The notes under the pieces: model-generated
The model's input: only the letters and a program-made list of their open reading frames with translations
The model's database searches: none
What the model was told of the DNA's origin: nothing
Assembly: GCA_003136635.1 (NCBI GenBank)
Contig: PLFD01000013.1
Span: 54,196-118,195, forward strand
Length of the DNA: 64,000 nucleotides
From: a candidate division FCPU426 bacterium
GTDB lineage: Bacteria > Oederibacteriota > Muellerivitia > Muellerivitales > Muellerivitaceae
Direction: 5' to 3'
Translations under genes and position numbers: made by a program
Shown here: in pieces, positions 1-9,374 of the stretch
Position numbering within the stretch: position 1 is the first letter of the stretch
How the letters are laid out: every line of letters begins with the position of its first letter

Positions 1-123
1 TCACGCCCCTCCCTTGGAAAACATGAAACGAATGGGGATTGAACCTTAGAGTAATAATTGTGTTTTTGCTTTTTAAAGGAAATTAGGCCTAATTCACCGC
101 ACATGGTTTAAAATTGTCAAATT

Positions 124-2256
124 ATGTTTTCTTACACTAAAAATTTATTTTTTAATCCCCTTCGGGCTTATTTTTTTTTATTCCTTATCTCGAATTTTTC
201 ATTAACTTATCTTGATCTTTCTATTCAATCCAAAATCGTCGTCATACTTTTGGGGCTCTTTTTCCCCTTTCTCATCGGCTTGGTATCAACGGGTCATTCC
301 TCCTCTGTTCAACCCGGGAATTCCGGCGAATGGCTTCCAGCTTTTTCATTCAGGATAATATCTCTTTTATTGTCCCTGGCGATTATCCTGCGATTTTACC
401 AGCTTACTTCTTTCTCCACCTGGCCAATACAGGATGAGTCGATTTGGGGATTTTTCGGCATGCATCTCAGCCAAAAATGGAATTGGAATTTTTTCTACTA
501 CTATACCCAATTACCCCCACTTTCCTTTTGGGGGCTGGGATTATTTTTCAAATGCTTTGGTGTTTCTTTAGCCACTTTCTGGGCCTATCCGGCTTTGTGG
601 TCTACATTAACTCTTCCATTTACTTATCTGTGTGCCAGATCCTTTTTTTCCAAAAGCACCTCGATTGTCTTCTCGTGTTTATGGGCATTTAGTTTTTGGC
701 CGATTTATTTGGATCGTTTATGCGTAGGTCACGGGATGCTGATCCTGTGGCAGTTAATAACATTCGCCATTTTAAGCCGTTTTTTAACCCGGCTAAAAAC
801 GGGTCCATCCATTGGACTAGGAGTCTTATTGGGTCTATTCACTTCAATTGGATTTTATATTTTGTTCCATGCCGCCATCATGGTGGTTTTCATATCGATT
901 ATCGTGATTTGTTCTTTTTATTATCACCCCTCATTGACCAGAAAACCTCTTTTCGCTTTTCTTGCTTCTCTCACCCTAGGCTCGGCGCCGATTATTGTGG
1001 TTTGGTTGCGATTCAATCACCAGAACGATTATGTCCACCATCTTTGGGCTTTTAATGGCAGCTTTAATCTTTTGTCTCAACTAATCGTGATATTCCAATA
1101 TATTTCCGGGCTTTTCTGGGGTGAAAATACTTACTTCTATTCTCTCCGAGCTTTTGGCGGCGGCTTCTTTAATCCTTGGCTTGATTCCTTGTTTTTAATC
1201 GGACTCATTCAATCTCTTAAAAACTGGAAAAAAGAGATAAATCTTTGTTTGATCGGCGGCATGGTATTTTCTTTGCTGCCGGCTTTTTTGACAGGACAGG
1301 TGGAGATGCTCCGCATGGTACTTGTCCTTCCATTTATTCTCATCTTTTGCGCCCTGGGGCTTCAGAGTCTTCTGAAAGATGTTTCTCTCGAAAAGAGCAT
1401 GGCTTCTTTCTTGATTCTTTTAATCATCGTGGCGTTTTCTGATTTTTACCGGTTGGAAATAACCTATCGTGATTTTTGGAAGGCTGATGCGGGCGTGTCT
1501 TTGCGTTACACAAAATCCTTAGAGCGTTGGAAAGCATATGAAATTCTGCATGAAAAATCGGATAACTCGGGTCCTGGGATTATTTTCACTGAGTTCAAAC
1601 CGGGCATTATTTTCGCTGAGTTCGATCCTACGCTTTACGATCAGACTTTGACCATTGCGACCTATCCATTCAATGCTGCTCGAAATCCCCAGTTGGATTA
1701 CTCCAAGGCAACTTGGGCAGGATTAATCACCAATGTCAATTACGTTCCTTTTCTATGTCACCAAATCCCATCCGCTAAATGGTTCCCACTCTCCATAGGA
1801 TTGGATGCTTCATTAGAAAATATGGCCTTGGGAATTATTCCCATTGGGCCCGAAACTTCAAAAAGAATATACGGCTGGTTGCAAATGGAAAAAAATCTTT
1901 GGCCTGTAACTTATGCTTTTTTTCAAATGCCTTACGGTCATTTAGACCCAAATATTTCAAAAATGCTGGTTCAATGCAGGGAATCAATCAATAACGATCC
2001 TTTCCTAGAATCTGTGTTGGATGAAAAACAGTTTATTTATGACGTTTCCAATCATGATCAAACGCAGGCCTTGAAAGACATGCAACAGGCGCTCACTTTA
2101 GGTTATCCCGCCGCTCATCTTTACAATGATCTGGGCGTACTTTGGTTCACCTTGGGCGACTTCACCAACGCACGGGAATGCTTCAAAGCCGCTCTTCGCG
2201 CCCCTTTAAATCATACGCGGGCTGCCATAAACCTGAGTCACACACCCCATTCTTAA
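124..2256 (+). CDS. GT-C superfamily membrane glycosyltransferase (GT39/ArnT-PMT-like) with C-terminal TPR-like region, paralog A
   Basis: About 12 predicted TM helices and a conserved first-loop D-E motif (TWPIQDESIWGF). The C-terminal segment is helical and TPR-like (LGYPAAHLYNDLGVLWFTLGDF...). It shares roughly 70% identity with the ORF at 2607..4673. The exact start is uncertain; the ATG at 124 has no obvious RBS. Confidence 0.6.
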   Translation: MFSYTKNLFFNPLRAYFFLFLISNFSLTYLDLSIQSKIVVILLGLFFPFLIGLVSTGHSSSVQPGNSGEWLPAFSFRIISLLLSLAIILRFYQLTSFSTWPIQDESIWGFFGMHLSQKWNWNFFYYYTQLPPLSFWGLGLFFKCFGVSLATFWAYPALWSTLTLPFTYLCARSFFSKSTSIVFSCLWAFSFWPIYLDRLCVGHGMLILWQLITFAILSRFLTRLKTGPSIGLGVLLGLFTSIGFYILFHAAIMVVFISIIVICSFYYHPSLTRKPLFAFLASLTLGSAPIIVVWLRFNHQNDYVHHLWAFNGSFNLLSQLIVIFQYISGLFWGENTYFYSLRAFGGGFFNPWLDSLFLIGLIQSLKNWKKEINLCLIGGMVFSLLPAFLTGQVEMLRMVLVLPFILIFCALGLQSLLKDVSLEKSMASFLILLIIVAFSDFYRLEITYRDFWKADAGVSLRYTKSLERWKAYEILHEKSDNSGPGIIFTEFKPGIIFAEFDPTLYDQTLTIATYPFNAARNPQLDYSKATWAGLITNVNYVPFLCHQIPSAKWFPLSIGLDASLENMALGIIPIGPETSKRIYGWLQMEKNLWPVTYAFFQMPYGHLDPNISKMLVQCRESINNDPFLESVLDEKQFIYDVSNHDQTQALKDMQQALTLGYPAAHLYNDLGVLWFTLGDFTNARECFKAALRAPLNHTRAAINLSHTPHS

Positions 2257-2280
2257 CAACGCAAAAGGAACCAAGGAAAC

Positions 2281-2410
2281 ATCGGATTTTTTAAATGTTA
2301 ATTTGTCGGCTCAATGCAAGGATTTGGTCGAAGAAATCGTTAAAACCTACCTGCCCTTCCTTGGGCCATGAAAAACGAGGCGGTAGTCAAGTTAAAAATC
2401 GAGCATCGCT
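2281..2410 (+). pseudogene. Decayed 5' remnant of a paralog of the 4688..5053 gene (start codon lost, 1-nt deletion, early stop)
   Basis: The DNA aligns to 4688..~4830 (SDFLNVNLSAQCKDLVEEIVKTY... versus SDFLNVDLAVQCNDLAGEIVKTY...). It lacks the ATG, carries a frameshift, and is truncated after about 120 bp. Confidence 0.6.
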
Positions 2411-2606
2411 TTTAAAATTTTGAGAAACTTATTTTTCTCCCAATAAACCGTTCCAACAGGCGGTTGAACTGCCATCACCTTATCATTATTAGGAAAGACT
2501 TTCTTTATGTCATAGAGCAGCAGAAAATTAGACCCATTTTATAACCCAATAGTTTAAGATTATTAGGTATGCTTTCTTCCGATAAAACTTCACTTTTAAA
2601 TCATCC

Positions 2607-4673
2607 TTGGGTTTTCTTTTTTTTATTTCTTGTCTCAAATTTTTCACTAACTTATTTCGAATTGCCTGTTCAATCCAAGATCATCGTTATTTTTTCGGTA
2701 TCTTCATTCCCTTTCTCGCTGCCGTAGCATCGACGCATTCACATTCCTTTGTTCCGCCAGTAAATTCCGCCGAATGGCTCCCATCTTTCAATTTTTTAGT
2801 CGTAACTTTGTTATTTGTCCTAGCCATTGTCATACGCTTTTGCCAGTTGACTTCCATGTCCACTTGGCCAATATCAGATGAAGCCATTTGGGGATTTTTT
2901 GGCATGTATCTCAGCCAAAAATGGAATTGGGATTATTTCTATGCTTTTACCCAATTACCACCTTTTTCCTTCTGGAGCCTTGGATTATTTTTTAAATGCT
3001 TCGGTGTTTCTTTAATGTCACTCTGGGCCTTTCCAGCCATCTTGTCGGCATTAACACTGCCTTTGGCTTATTGGTCCGCGAAGTCCTTTTTTTCCAAAAG
3101 CATTTCGATCGTTTTTTCATGTTTTTGGGCCTTCAGTTTCTGGCCGATTTATTTGGATCGCTTATGCGTAGGACACGGATTACTTATTCTATGGCAATTA
3201 CTAACTTTTGTTATTTTAGGTCGTTTTTTAAATCGCCTAATAGTGCGTCCCTCAATAGGCCTGGCGTTGCTTTTAGGCATTTGCACCTCTATAGGATTTT
3301 ACATTTTGTTCCATGCGGCCATCATGGTGGTTTACGTGATAATCATCGTTACTTACGCCATTCTTCACTGCCGTTCCTCAAACCGAAAACAGTTATACGC
3401 TTTTCTTTTTTCGTTTTTTTTAGGTTCTGCGCCTATTATCTCAGCTTGGCTGCGATTAAATCATCAAAGTGATTATCTTCATTATTTATGGGCCTTTAAA
3501 AACAATGTAAGCCCTCTTTCGCAACTCAAGGTGATATCACTGTATATTTCGGGACTTTTTTGGGGTGCAGATACATACAATTATTCTTATCGGGCTTTTG
3601 GGGGCGGTTTTTTTAATCCTTGGCTTGGTTCCTTGTTTTTAATTGGACTAATTCAATCTCTCATAAACTGGAAAAAAGAAATTAATCTTTGTCTGATCTG
3701 CGGTTTAGTGCTTTTTCTAATGCCAGCATTTCTAACTGGAGAAGTTGAAATGTTTCGCATGGTTCTCGCTCTGCCTTTCATCCTTATTTTCTGCGCCCTG
3801 GGACTTCAAAATCTTCTAGAATCGGCTTCTCCTCAAATGAGTCTGATTTCTTTTTTAATAATTTTAATCATCGTAGCATTTTCTGATTTTTATCGTCTGG
3901 AGATAACCTACCGGGATTTTTGGAAAGCTAATCCAAGCGTTTCTTTACGTTACACAAAATCTTTACAACGATGGAAAGCCTATGAAATTCTAAATCAACA
4001 AGCAAAAAAATTTGGTCCTGGCATTATTTTAACCGAATTCGACCCTACGCCTTATGATCAAACTTTGACCATCGCAACTTATCCATTCAATACGGCTCGA
4101 AATCCTCGGTTGGAATGCTCCAAATCAACATGGGCGGGAGTAATCACCAATGTTAATTACGTCCCTTATCTTTATCACCAAATACCATCGTCCCAATGGT
4201 TCCCTCTATCGATTGGACTAGATACTTCTATGGACAATTTGGTTCTGGGAATCATCCCTGTCAAATCCAGTACTTCCAAAAAAATATACAATTGGCTCCA
4301 AATGGAAAAAAATCTCTGGCCAATAACTTATGCTTTGTTTCAAATGCCCTATGGTCAATTAAACCCCAATATTTCTAAAATGTTGATTCAATGCCGATCG
4401 TCGATCAATGGCGATCCTTTTCTTGAATCTTTGCTGGATGAAAAGCTGTTTATTTACGACATGTCCAATCACGACGCATTACAGGCTTTGAAAGACATGC
4501 AACGAGCTCTAACCTTAGGTTTTCCTGCGGCTCATCTTTACAATAATCTGGGTGTGCTTTGGTTCACATTGGGCAATTACGCCAATGCACGTGAATCTTT
4601 TAAAGCCGCTCTTCATGCCCCCTTAAATCATACCCAAGCCGCTTTAAACTTAAGTCGCACACCTGCTCTTTAA
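2607..4673 (+). CDS. GT39/ArnT-PMT-like membrane glycosyltransferase with TPR-like C-terminus, paralog B (5' end frameshifted relative to the ancestral ATG at 2569)
   Basis: It is co-linear with the 124..2256 product. An upstream ATG at 2569 opens a 53-codon frame (MLSSDKTSLLNHPWVFFFLFLVSNFSLTYFELPVQSKIIVIF...) that is homologous to paralog A's N-terminus. That frame falls out of frame with the body at the T6 run 2690-2695. The ORF-track start at 2607 is a TTG in the body frame. Confidence 0.55.
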   Translation: MGFLFFISCLKFFTNLFRIACSIQDHRYFFGIFIPFLAAVASTHSHSFVPPVNSAEWLPSFNFLVVTLLFVLAIVIRFCQLTSMSTWPISDEAIWGFFGMYLSQKWNWDYFYAFTQLPPFSFWSLGLFFKCFGVSLMSLWAFPAILSALTLPLAYWSAKSFFSKSISIVFSCFWAFSFWPIYLDRLCVGHGLLILWQLLTFVILGRFLNRLIVRPSIGLALLLGICTSIGFYILFHAAIMVVYVIIIVTYAILHCRSSNRKQLYAFLFSFFLGSAPIISAWLRLNHQSDYLHYLWAFKNNVSPLSQLKVISLYISGLFWGADTYNYSYRAFGGGFFNPWLGSLFLIGLIQSLINWKKEINLCLICGLVLFLMPAFLTGEVEMFRMVLALPFILIFCALGLQNLLESASPQMSLISFLIILIIVAFSDFYRLEITYRDFWKANPSVSLRYTKSLQRWKAYEILNQQAKKFGPGIILTEFDPTPYDQTLTIATYPFNTARNPRLECSKSTWAGVITNVNYVPYLYHQIPSSQWFPLSIGLDTSMDNLVLGIIPVKSSTSKKIYNWLQMEKNLWPITYALFQMPYGQLNPNISKMLIQCRSSINGDPFLESLLDEKLFIYDMSNHDALQALKDMQRALTLGFPAAHLYNNLGVLWFTLGNYANARESFKAALHAPLNHTQAALNLSRTPAL

Positions 4674-4687
4674 CACTAGGATAGTAA

Positions 4688-5053
4688 ATGAACTCATCAG
4701 ATTTTTTAAATGTCGATTTAGCCGTTCAATGCAATGATCTGGCGGGCGAGATAGTCAAAACCTATCAACATCTACCCTGGGCGATGAAAAATGAGGCAGT
4801 GTCCCGGCTCAGCCGCCAAATTCATCAGCTCGCCGAGGAAGCCAAAAAAGCGCAGGACTCTCGAAGTGTCATGACGACTCAAACCCGGATAAAAGAAGCC
4901 CTTTCCTTAATCAATGAATGCGTACCACTGCTCGATTTGTGCCTGAGAAAAGTTTTAGTCTCGCCCGAACTTCATACCCGGTGGATTAAAAAATTGAATG
5001 GTTTAGAAATAGATTTTTCAGACTGGCTGAAAGGAATTTCAGCAGGGCATTAA
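4688..5053 (+). CDS. Hypothetical small helical protein (partner gene of the GT39-like paralogs)
   Basis: A 121-aa ORF that is duplicated together with the upstream glycosyltransferase; the first copy decayed at 2281..2410. I recognise no catalytic motif. Confidence 0.5.
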   Translation: MNSSDFLNVDLAVQCNDLAGEIVKTYQHLPWAMKNEAVSRLSRQIHQLAEEAKKAQDSRSVMTTQTRIKEALSLINECVPLLDLCLRKVLVSPELHTRWIKKLNGLEIDFSDWLKGISAGH

Positions 5054-5059
5054 TTGTCT

Positions 5060-6043
5060 TTATTTAGCTTCAGGGCCATGCATTAAAACACGGGCAGGTG
5101 CCTCAATTTGAAGTGTCGCGTGCTGAATCCCGCAATCGGTTTTTAAAACACGGGTCGCCTTTTCAACAATTTGCTGGGCCTGGCTTAAAACCTGGTCATT
5201 GACCACCAAGTGGGCCGTCAGATGAACTCTCCCCGCCCCGACTTCCCATAAGTGAATGTGATGAACTTCTTGAATATCATTAATTTGATTTTTCAGGGTA
5301 GAAACGATGGTTTCGGAGGTTAATCCTTTGGGAGCCGATTCTAAAAGGATTCGCAAAGCTTTGCGGAAAAGTTTTAATGCCCCCGACGCGATAAAAAGTG
5401 CGATGGCTAAACTTAAAACCGGATCCACCCAGCTCCATCCGGTCTGTGCGATCACTACAACCCCCATTAAAACCCCAAGTGACGACCCCAAATCACCCAT
5501 CACATGGATCCATGCGCCTTGAATGTTAATGTCATCCTCATGGCCGCCATGCAAAAACCAGGCGGAAAGAGCGTTCGCCAAAAAACCTATGGCCGCGATC
5601 AGACCCATGGTTTTCCAATCCGGGAGAGAGGGATGGGCAAATCGCTGGAAAGCTTCCCAGGCTACCCCCATGACCATGAGAAAAAACGTCATAGCGTTAC
5701 CCAGAGCGGCCAGAACTTCCAACCTCGCGAAACCATAGGTATGGGTGGCGCTGGCCGGTTTTTCCCCCATGATCATGGCGGTTAAGGAAATGAGAAGCGC
5801 CGCCAAGTCGGTCAGCATATGGCCCGCGTCGGACAAAAGGGCCAGACTTCCGGAAACAATGCCGCCGACCGCTTCCAAAATAAGAATGAGCGCTGTAATC
5901 CCAATCGCCCAAGCCATTTTGCTTTTTCGATTCATCCCGTGAGAATGGAATAATCCGGCGCCATGATCGTGAGCGCCCCCATGTGCGTGGTTATGGGAAT
6001 GATTGTGTTCGTGCGAGTGATCGTGTTCATGATGGTCTGACAT
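5060..6043 (-). CDS. Cation diffusion facilitator (CzcD/ZitB-like) metal efflux transporter with His-rich N-terminus
   Basis: The N-terminus is an HxH-rich segment (HEHDHSHEHNHSHNHAHGGAHDH), followed by 6 TM helices and a CDF C-terminal domain (HLWEVGAGRVHLTAHLVV). Confidence 0.85.
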   Translation of the reverse strand: MSDHHEHDHSHEHNHSHNHAHGGAHDHGAGLFHSHGMNRKSKMAWAIGITALILILEAVGGIVSGSLALLSDAGHMLTDLAALLISLTAMIMGEKPASATHTYGFARLEVLAALGNAMTFFLMVMGVAWEAFQRFAHPSLPDWKTMGLIAAIGFLANALSAWFLHGGHEDDINIQGAWIHVMGDLGSSLGVLMGVVVIAQTGWSWVDPVLSLAIALFIASGALKLFRKALRILLESAPKGLTSETIVSTLKNQINDIQEVHHIHLWEVGAGRVHLTAHLVVNDQVLSQAQQIVEKATRVLKTDCGIQHATLQIEAPARVLMHGPEAK

Positions 6044-6056
6044 GGCCTTATTGTAC

Positions 6057-9000
6057 CTATATCACTTGATCTTTGCGCAAGAAGTAAAGTCGGGCTTCTT
6101 TTACTTTCAAACCCGTAAAAGTTTCGAGAAGTTCGCTGTAATAACCAATCTGCTTTCGATAGGATTCCAGACCCCGTTGAGGATCATGGTCCGTTTTATA
6201 ATCCACCACTACCCAGGCACCATCCTCCAAGAAAGCCAAATCGATCACCGCATTCAAAAAAGTACCTTCAGGGTTCTTTCCTGTCAGGGATAATTCCCTG
6301 AAAACTTGCGTCGATTTTTTTGCTCTCATCAAAAGACTACTCGCCAAAGCTTTAGCGGCTAGCTCAGCCGCTTCTAGGGTTTTACCGACTGAAAGCCCCA
6401 AACCGGGCCCCCAAAGCTTGGCCGCCTTAGCCAAAGTTTCGTTATCCCAATTCCAACCCTTTTCCAGCAATTGATGGGTCAAAACCCCTAAGGCCTTGCC
6501 TTGCTGGTCGCCCGAAGCTGGCGGGTTTTCTCCCTCCAAAAAGTACCCTTCCCGTTCAGATTTGTCGTCGTCGGTGTGGGCTAAAGAGGTCACCGATTGA
6601 AGCCGAGTTTTTCCCCTTCGTCTTTCGATCAAAGACTTTTTCATTTTTTCCAATTCTTTTAAATAAACCTTTTGGTCCTCCACAACTTGGCTGTTCCTTT
6701 CTTTTTCAACCAGGTCTACCGCCAGCGCCGAAACTGCCGAGCGGTCTTGAATGGCTGTGACGTTTTGGATTTTTAATGCCTTCAGATCAAACGATCCCCT
6801 AATAGGTTTGAGGAACCCACCACCCTTTTCTTGGGTAAAAAGTGGAATAACCAAACTTTCCTTCGCCCTGGTACATCCCACATAAAGCAGCCGAAGGATT
6901 TCAGCCTTTTCCTGCGCCTCTTCCTCTTCCTGGGCTTTCTCAAATCCCGCCGTACAAAGCTTTAGTTCCTTATCACCCGCTTTAAACTGAGCATTGCCTT
7001 GATGGCGGTTCACGATAAAGTCAGACTTTCGGGGTTTTTCAGGCGCCGCACCCGAAAGGATGACCACTGGAAATTCCAAGCCTTTCGCTTTATGCAATGT
7101 CATAAGAGTCACCTGATTGCCCGTTTCCTCCGGGCCGGGCGCTTCGCCCTCCATGGCGGCTTCTTCCCTTTGGCGGACCAGCCATTTCACAAAAGCCCGG
7201 TAGGTGAAATTTTGCGATTCCTCCAGGTCGCGGCACTGATTGACGACCTTCATCAGATTGGCCACCCGCTGTTCACCGTGCGGCTGACAGGACACTACCG
7301 CTAGCAAGTTGGTCTTTTCGTACAAATAAAGCAGGGTCTCGGCCGGACTCAGTTGACGGGTTTCCAGATACCATTGGCGTAAATAACGGAAAGCTTCGCC
7401 CATTTTCCCTTTGGCCCCACGTAAAAATTCAAAAACCCCTCCGGCTTCCCGGTAAAGAAACAGTTCCTCATCGGTAAAGCCGAACAAAGAGCTTCGTAAT
7501 AAACCCGCTAGGCTTGCCTCATCAGCAGGAGATTCCAGACAGGTTAAGAGCGTTTCCAGCGCCACAATTTCGGGGCGGTTGTAGAACTTCTTTCCTCCTA
7601 CGATCTGAAACTGGATATGGCGGCGTCTTAAAGCGCTCTCATAAACGGATTCGGTGTTTGATAGTTCGCGGAACAGGATGGCGATATCTCCCGCCTGCAG
7701 GGGCCGTAGAATCGGTCTGTCCTTGGGAGACTTGGGATCAGTGATCAGCGGTTTTTCACGCAGAAGTTGCTCGATAAAATCGCCCACCGTTTCGGCTTCC
7801 AACTCGCGAAAAGCCGCGGTGCTTTGGTCTTCTTCGGGTATCTCGGGCATTTCTAGACCGATGAGCGGGGATAACCGCCCCTGTTGCATATCTAACAGGC
7901 GATGAGCGCTTTGGGGATTATAAGGAAAAGGTCCGTCTTGGAATAGTTGATCGAATCCCCGGTTAACCCAATCCACAATGGGCGACAAAGTGCGGAAGTT
8001 TTCAGTAAGTTTTTCCACTTGGCCCCCGCAGGCCGCCAGACGGACCTTGGCTTCGCCATAAATTTCAACGTCAGCCCGGCGAAAACGGTAAATGCTTTGC
8101 TGGGGATCGCCCACTAAAAATAACTTCCCGGGTTCCAGTTCAACCTTTTGCCATGACTTGGCTGGCTCACCTGCCGCGAGCCCACCAGGCGAGCGGCGAG
8201 CTTTGGTTGTGCCAAGGGCTTTACCAACCCTTGGCATACTTTTTTCAGATAAAAAGAAAACTATTTCTACCTGCAAAGGATCGGTATCCTGGAATTCATC
8301 GACAAACAAATGATCGTAGCGTTTTTTGAGTTCTTCCCGTACTTCCAGCCGGTCTTTCACCAGGTCCCGGGTCTTGGACAAGAGGTCGTCGAAATCGAGA
8401 AAGCCCTGTCGGGTCTTCATTTGGGCGTATTCGGCCAAGTAATCCCAAAGCCATAAAGCCGCTTTTTGAACCGCCGCATCTTTTGCTTGGGCCCCAAAAG
8501 TTTCCTGAGTTTCCCGCAAGGTTTCGATATGGGCTTTCACGTCTGCTAGGGCTTCTTTGCCCCAGTTGCCCTGACTGCCCACATTGCCGACTTTGGGCAC
8601 ATTGAGCCCTGCCAGTACGTAGAGAAGATTATCACCCGCAAGAACCTCAACTTCCCGCCAAATTGGGCCAAATTTCCCCAGTTTTTTCACCAGGCTGTCG
8701 TCAGGCGCGACGACTTTGGCTTTTTCTTGAATGAAAGCCCATGTCCGTTTCAAATCCAACAAAGTACTTTCGGGGTCGGGTAAATCAGATACCACCGGAG
8801 GCTCAAGAACAGACCGATTGCTCAAGAGATGGTTTTTCAGTTTTTCCAGATGCTCAAAGGTGCCGCCCAGACGGAAGAATGGCATGAGGCTTTCCACCGG
8901 GCGGGCCAGTGATTTTTTCAACCAGTTTTCCCAAGCTTCAGCTTCCAGGGCGTCGCTTTGTACCTGGTCGAGCACCGCAAATTGGGGATCAACCCCTACT

Positions 9001-9374
9001 TCCACCGGGTATTCCCGTAAAAGTGACGAGCAAAAAGAATGGATGGTCGAAACCGAGGCCTGTTCCAAATCTTTGAGCGCCCGGCGAAGTCGTTTTTCCC
9101 GTTCCTTTTGCGCTGCAGGTGAAAGTTTCAGCAAACTTTCAGAATCAAATTCTTTTTCCAGCCGAAGCCTTAGCCGTTCCACTAATTCCCCGGCGGCCTT
9201 ATCTGTAAAGGTAATGGCGGCGATACGGGCAAGCGATACTCCTTTTTCCAAAAGGAGTGCCACTAGACGGTCGATCAGCAAGGTGGTCTTACCCGTGCCG
9301 GCCCCAGCGTCTACCGCGAAGGAAATGTCGAGATCGGAAATAATCTTTTGACGGGCTGATTGGTCGGAGATCAT
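6057..9374 (-). CDS. addA: UvrD/PcrA-family helicase with C-terminal PD-(D/E)XK nuclease domain (AddA/RexA-like)
   Basis: It has a Walker A (GAGTGKTT) and UvrD-like helicase motifs. The C-terminal nuclease motif reads ...VVDYKTD... It is adjacent and co-directional to the AddB-like gene. Confidence 0.8.
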   Translation of the reverse strand: MISDQSARQKIISDLDISFAVDAGAGTGKTTLLIDRLVALLLEKGVSLARIAAITFTDKAAGELVERLRLRLEKEFDSESLLKLSPAAQKEREKRLRRALKDLEQASVSTIHSFCSSLLREYPVEVGVDPQFAVLDQVQSDALEAEAWENWLKKSLARPVESLMPFFRLGGTFEHLEKLKNHLLSNRSVLEPPVVSDLPDPESTLLDLKRTWAFIQEKAKVVAPDDSLVKKLGKFGPIWREVEVLAGDNLLYVLAGLNVPKVGNVGSQGNWGKEALADVKAHIETLRETQETFGAQAKDAAVQKAALWLWDYLAEYAQMKTRQGFLDFDDLLSKTRDLVKDRLEVREELKKRYDHLFVDEFQDTDPLQVEIVFFLSEKSMPRVGKALGTTKARRSPGGLAAGEPAKSWQKVELEPGKLFLVGDPQQSIYRFRRADVEIYGEAKVRLAACGGQVEKLTENFRTLSPIVDWVNRGFDQLFQDGPFPYNPQSAHRLLDMQQGRLSPLIGLEMPEIPEEDQSTAAFRELEAETVGDFIEQLLREKPLITDPKSPKDRPILRPLQAGDIAILFRELSNTESVYESALRRRHIQFQIVGGKKFYNRPEIVALETLLTCLESPADEASLAGLLRSSLFGFTDEELFLYREAGGVFEFLRGAKGKMGEAFRYLRQWYLETRQLSPAETLLYLYEKTNLLAVVSCQPHGEQRVANLMKVVNQCRDLEESQNFTYRAFVKWLVRQREEAAMEGEAPGPEETGNQVTLMTLHKAKGLEFPVVILSGAAPEKPRKSDFIVNRHQGNAQFKAGDKELKLCTAGFEKAQEEEEAQEKAEILRLLYVGCTRAKESLVIPLFTQEKGGGFLKPIRGSFDLKALKIQNVTAIQDRSAVSALAVDLVEKERNSQVVEDQKVYLKELEKMKKSLIERRRGKTRLQSVTSLAHTDDDKSEREGYFLEGENPPASGDQQGKALGVLTHQLLEKGWNWDNETLAKAAKLWGPGLGLSVGKTLEAAELAAKALASSLLMRAKKSTQVFRELSLTGKNPEGTFLNAVIDLAFLEDGAWVVVDYKTDHDPQRGLESYRKQIGYYSELLETFTGLKVKEARLYFLRKDQVI

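Noticed and set aside
444-1055. Alternative-frame ORFs 444..692, 696..1055 and 1245..1442 within glycosyltransferase paralog A, and 2996..3472 within paralog B
   Set aside because: They are nested in a long ORF with conserved paralog alignment; these are out-of-frame products.
6999-9351. Several 70-200-aa ORFs on the plus strand (e.g. 8731..9351, 6999..7304) inside the addA-like gene
   Set aside because: They are antisense to a long, well-supported helicase gene and have low-complexity Ser/Arg-rich translations typical of spurious antisense frames.
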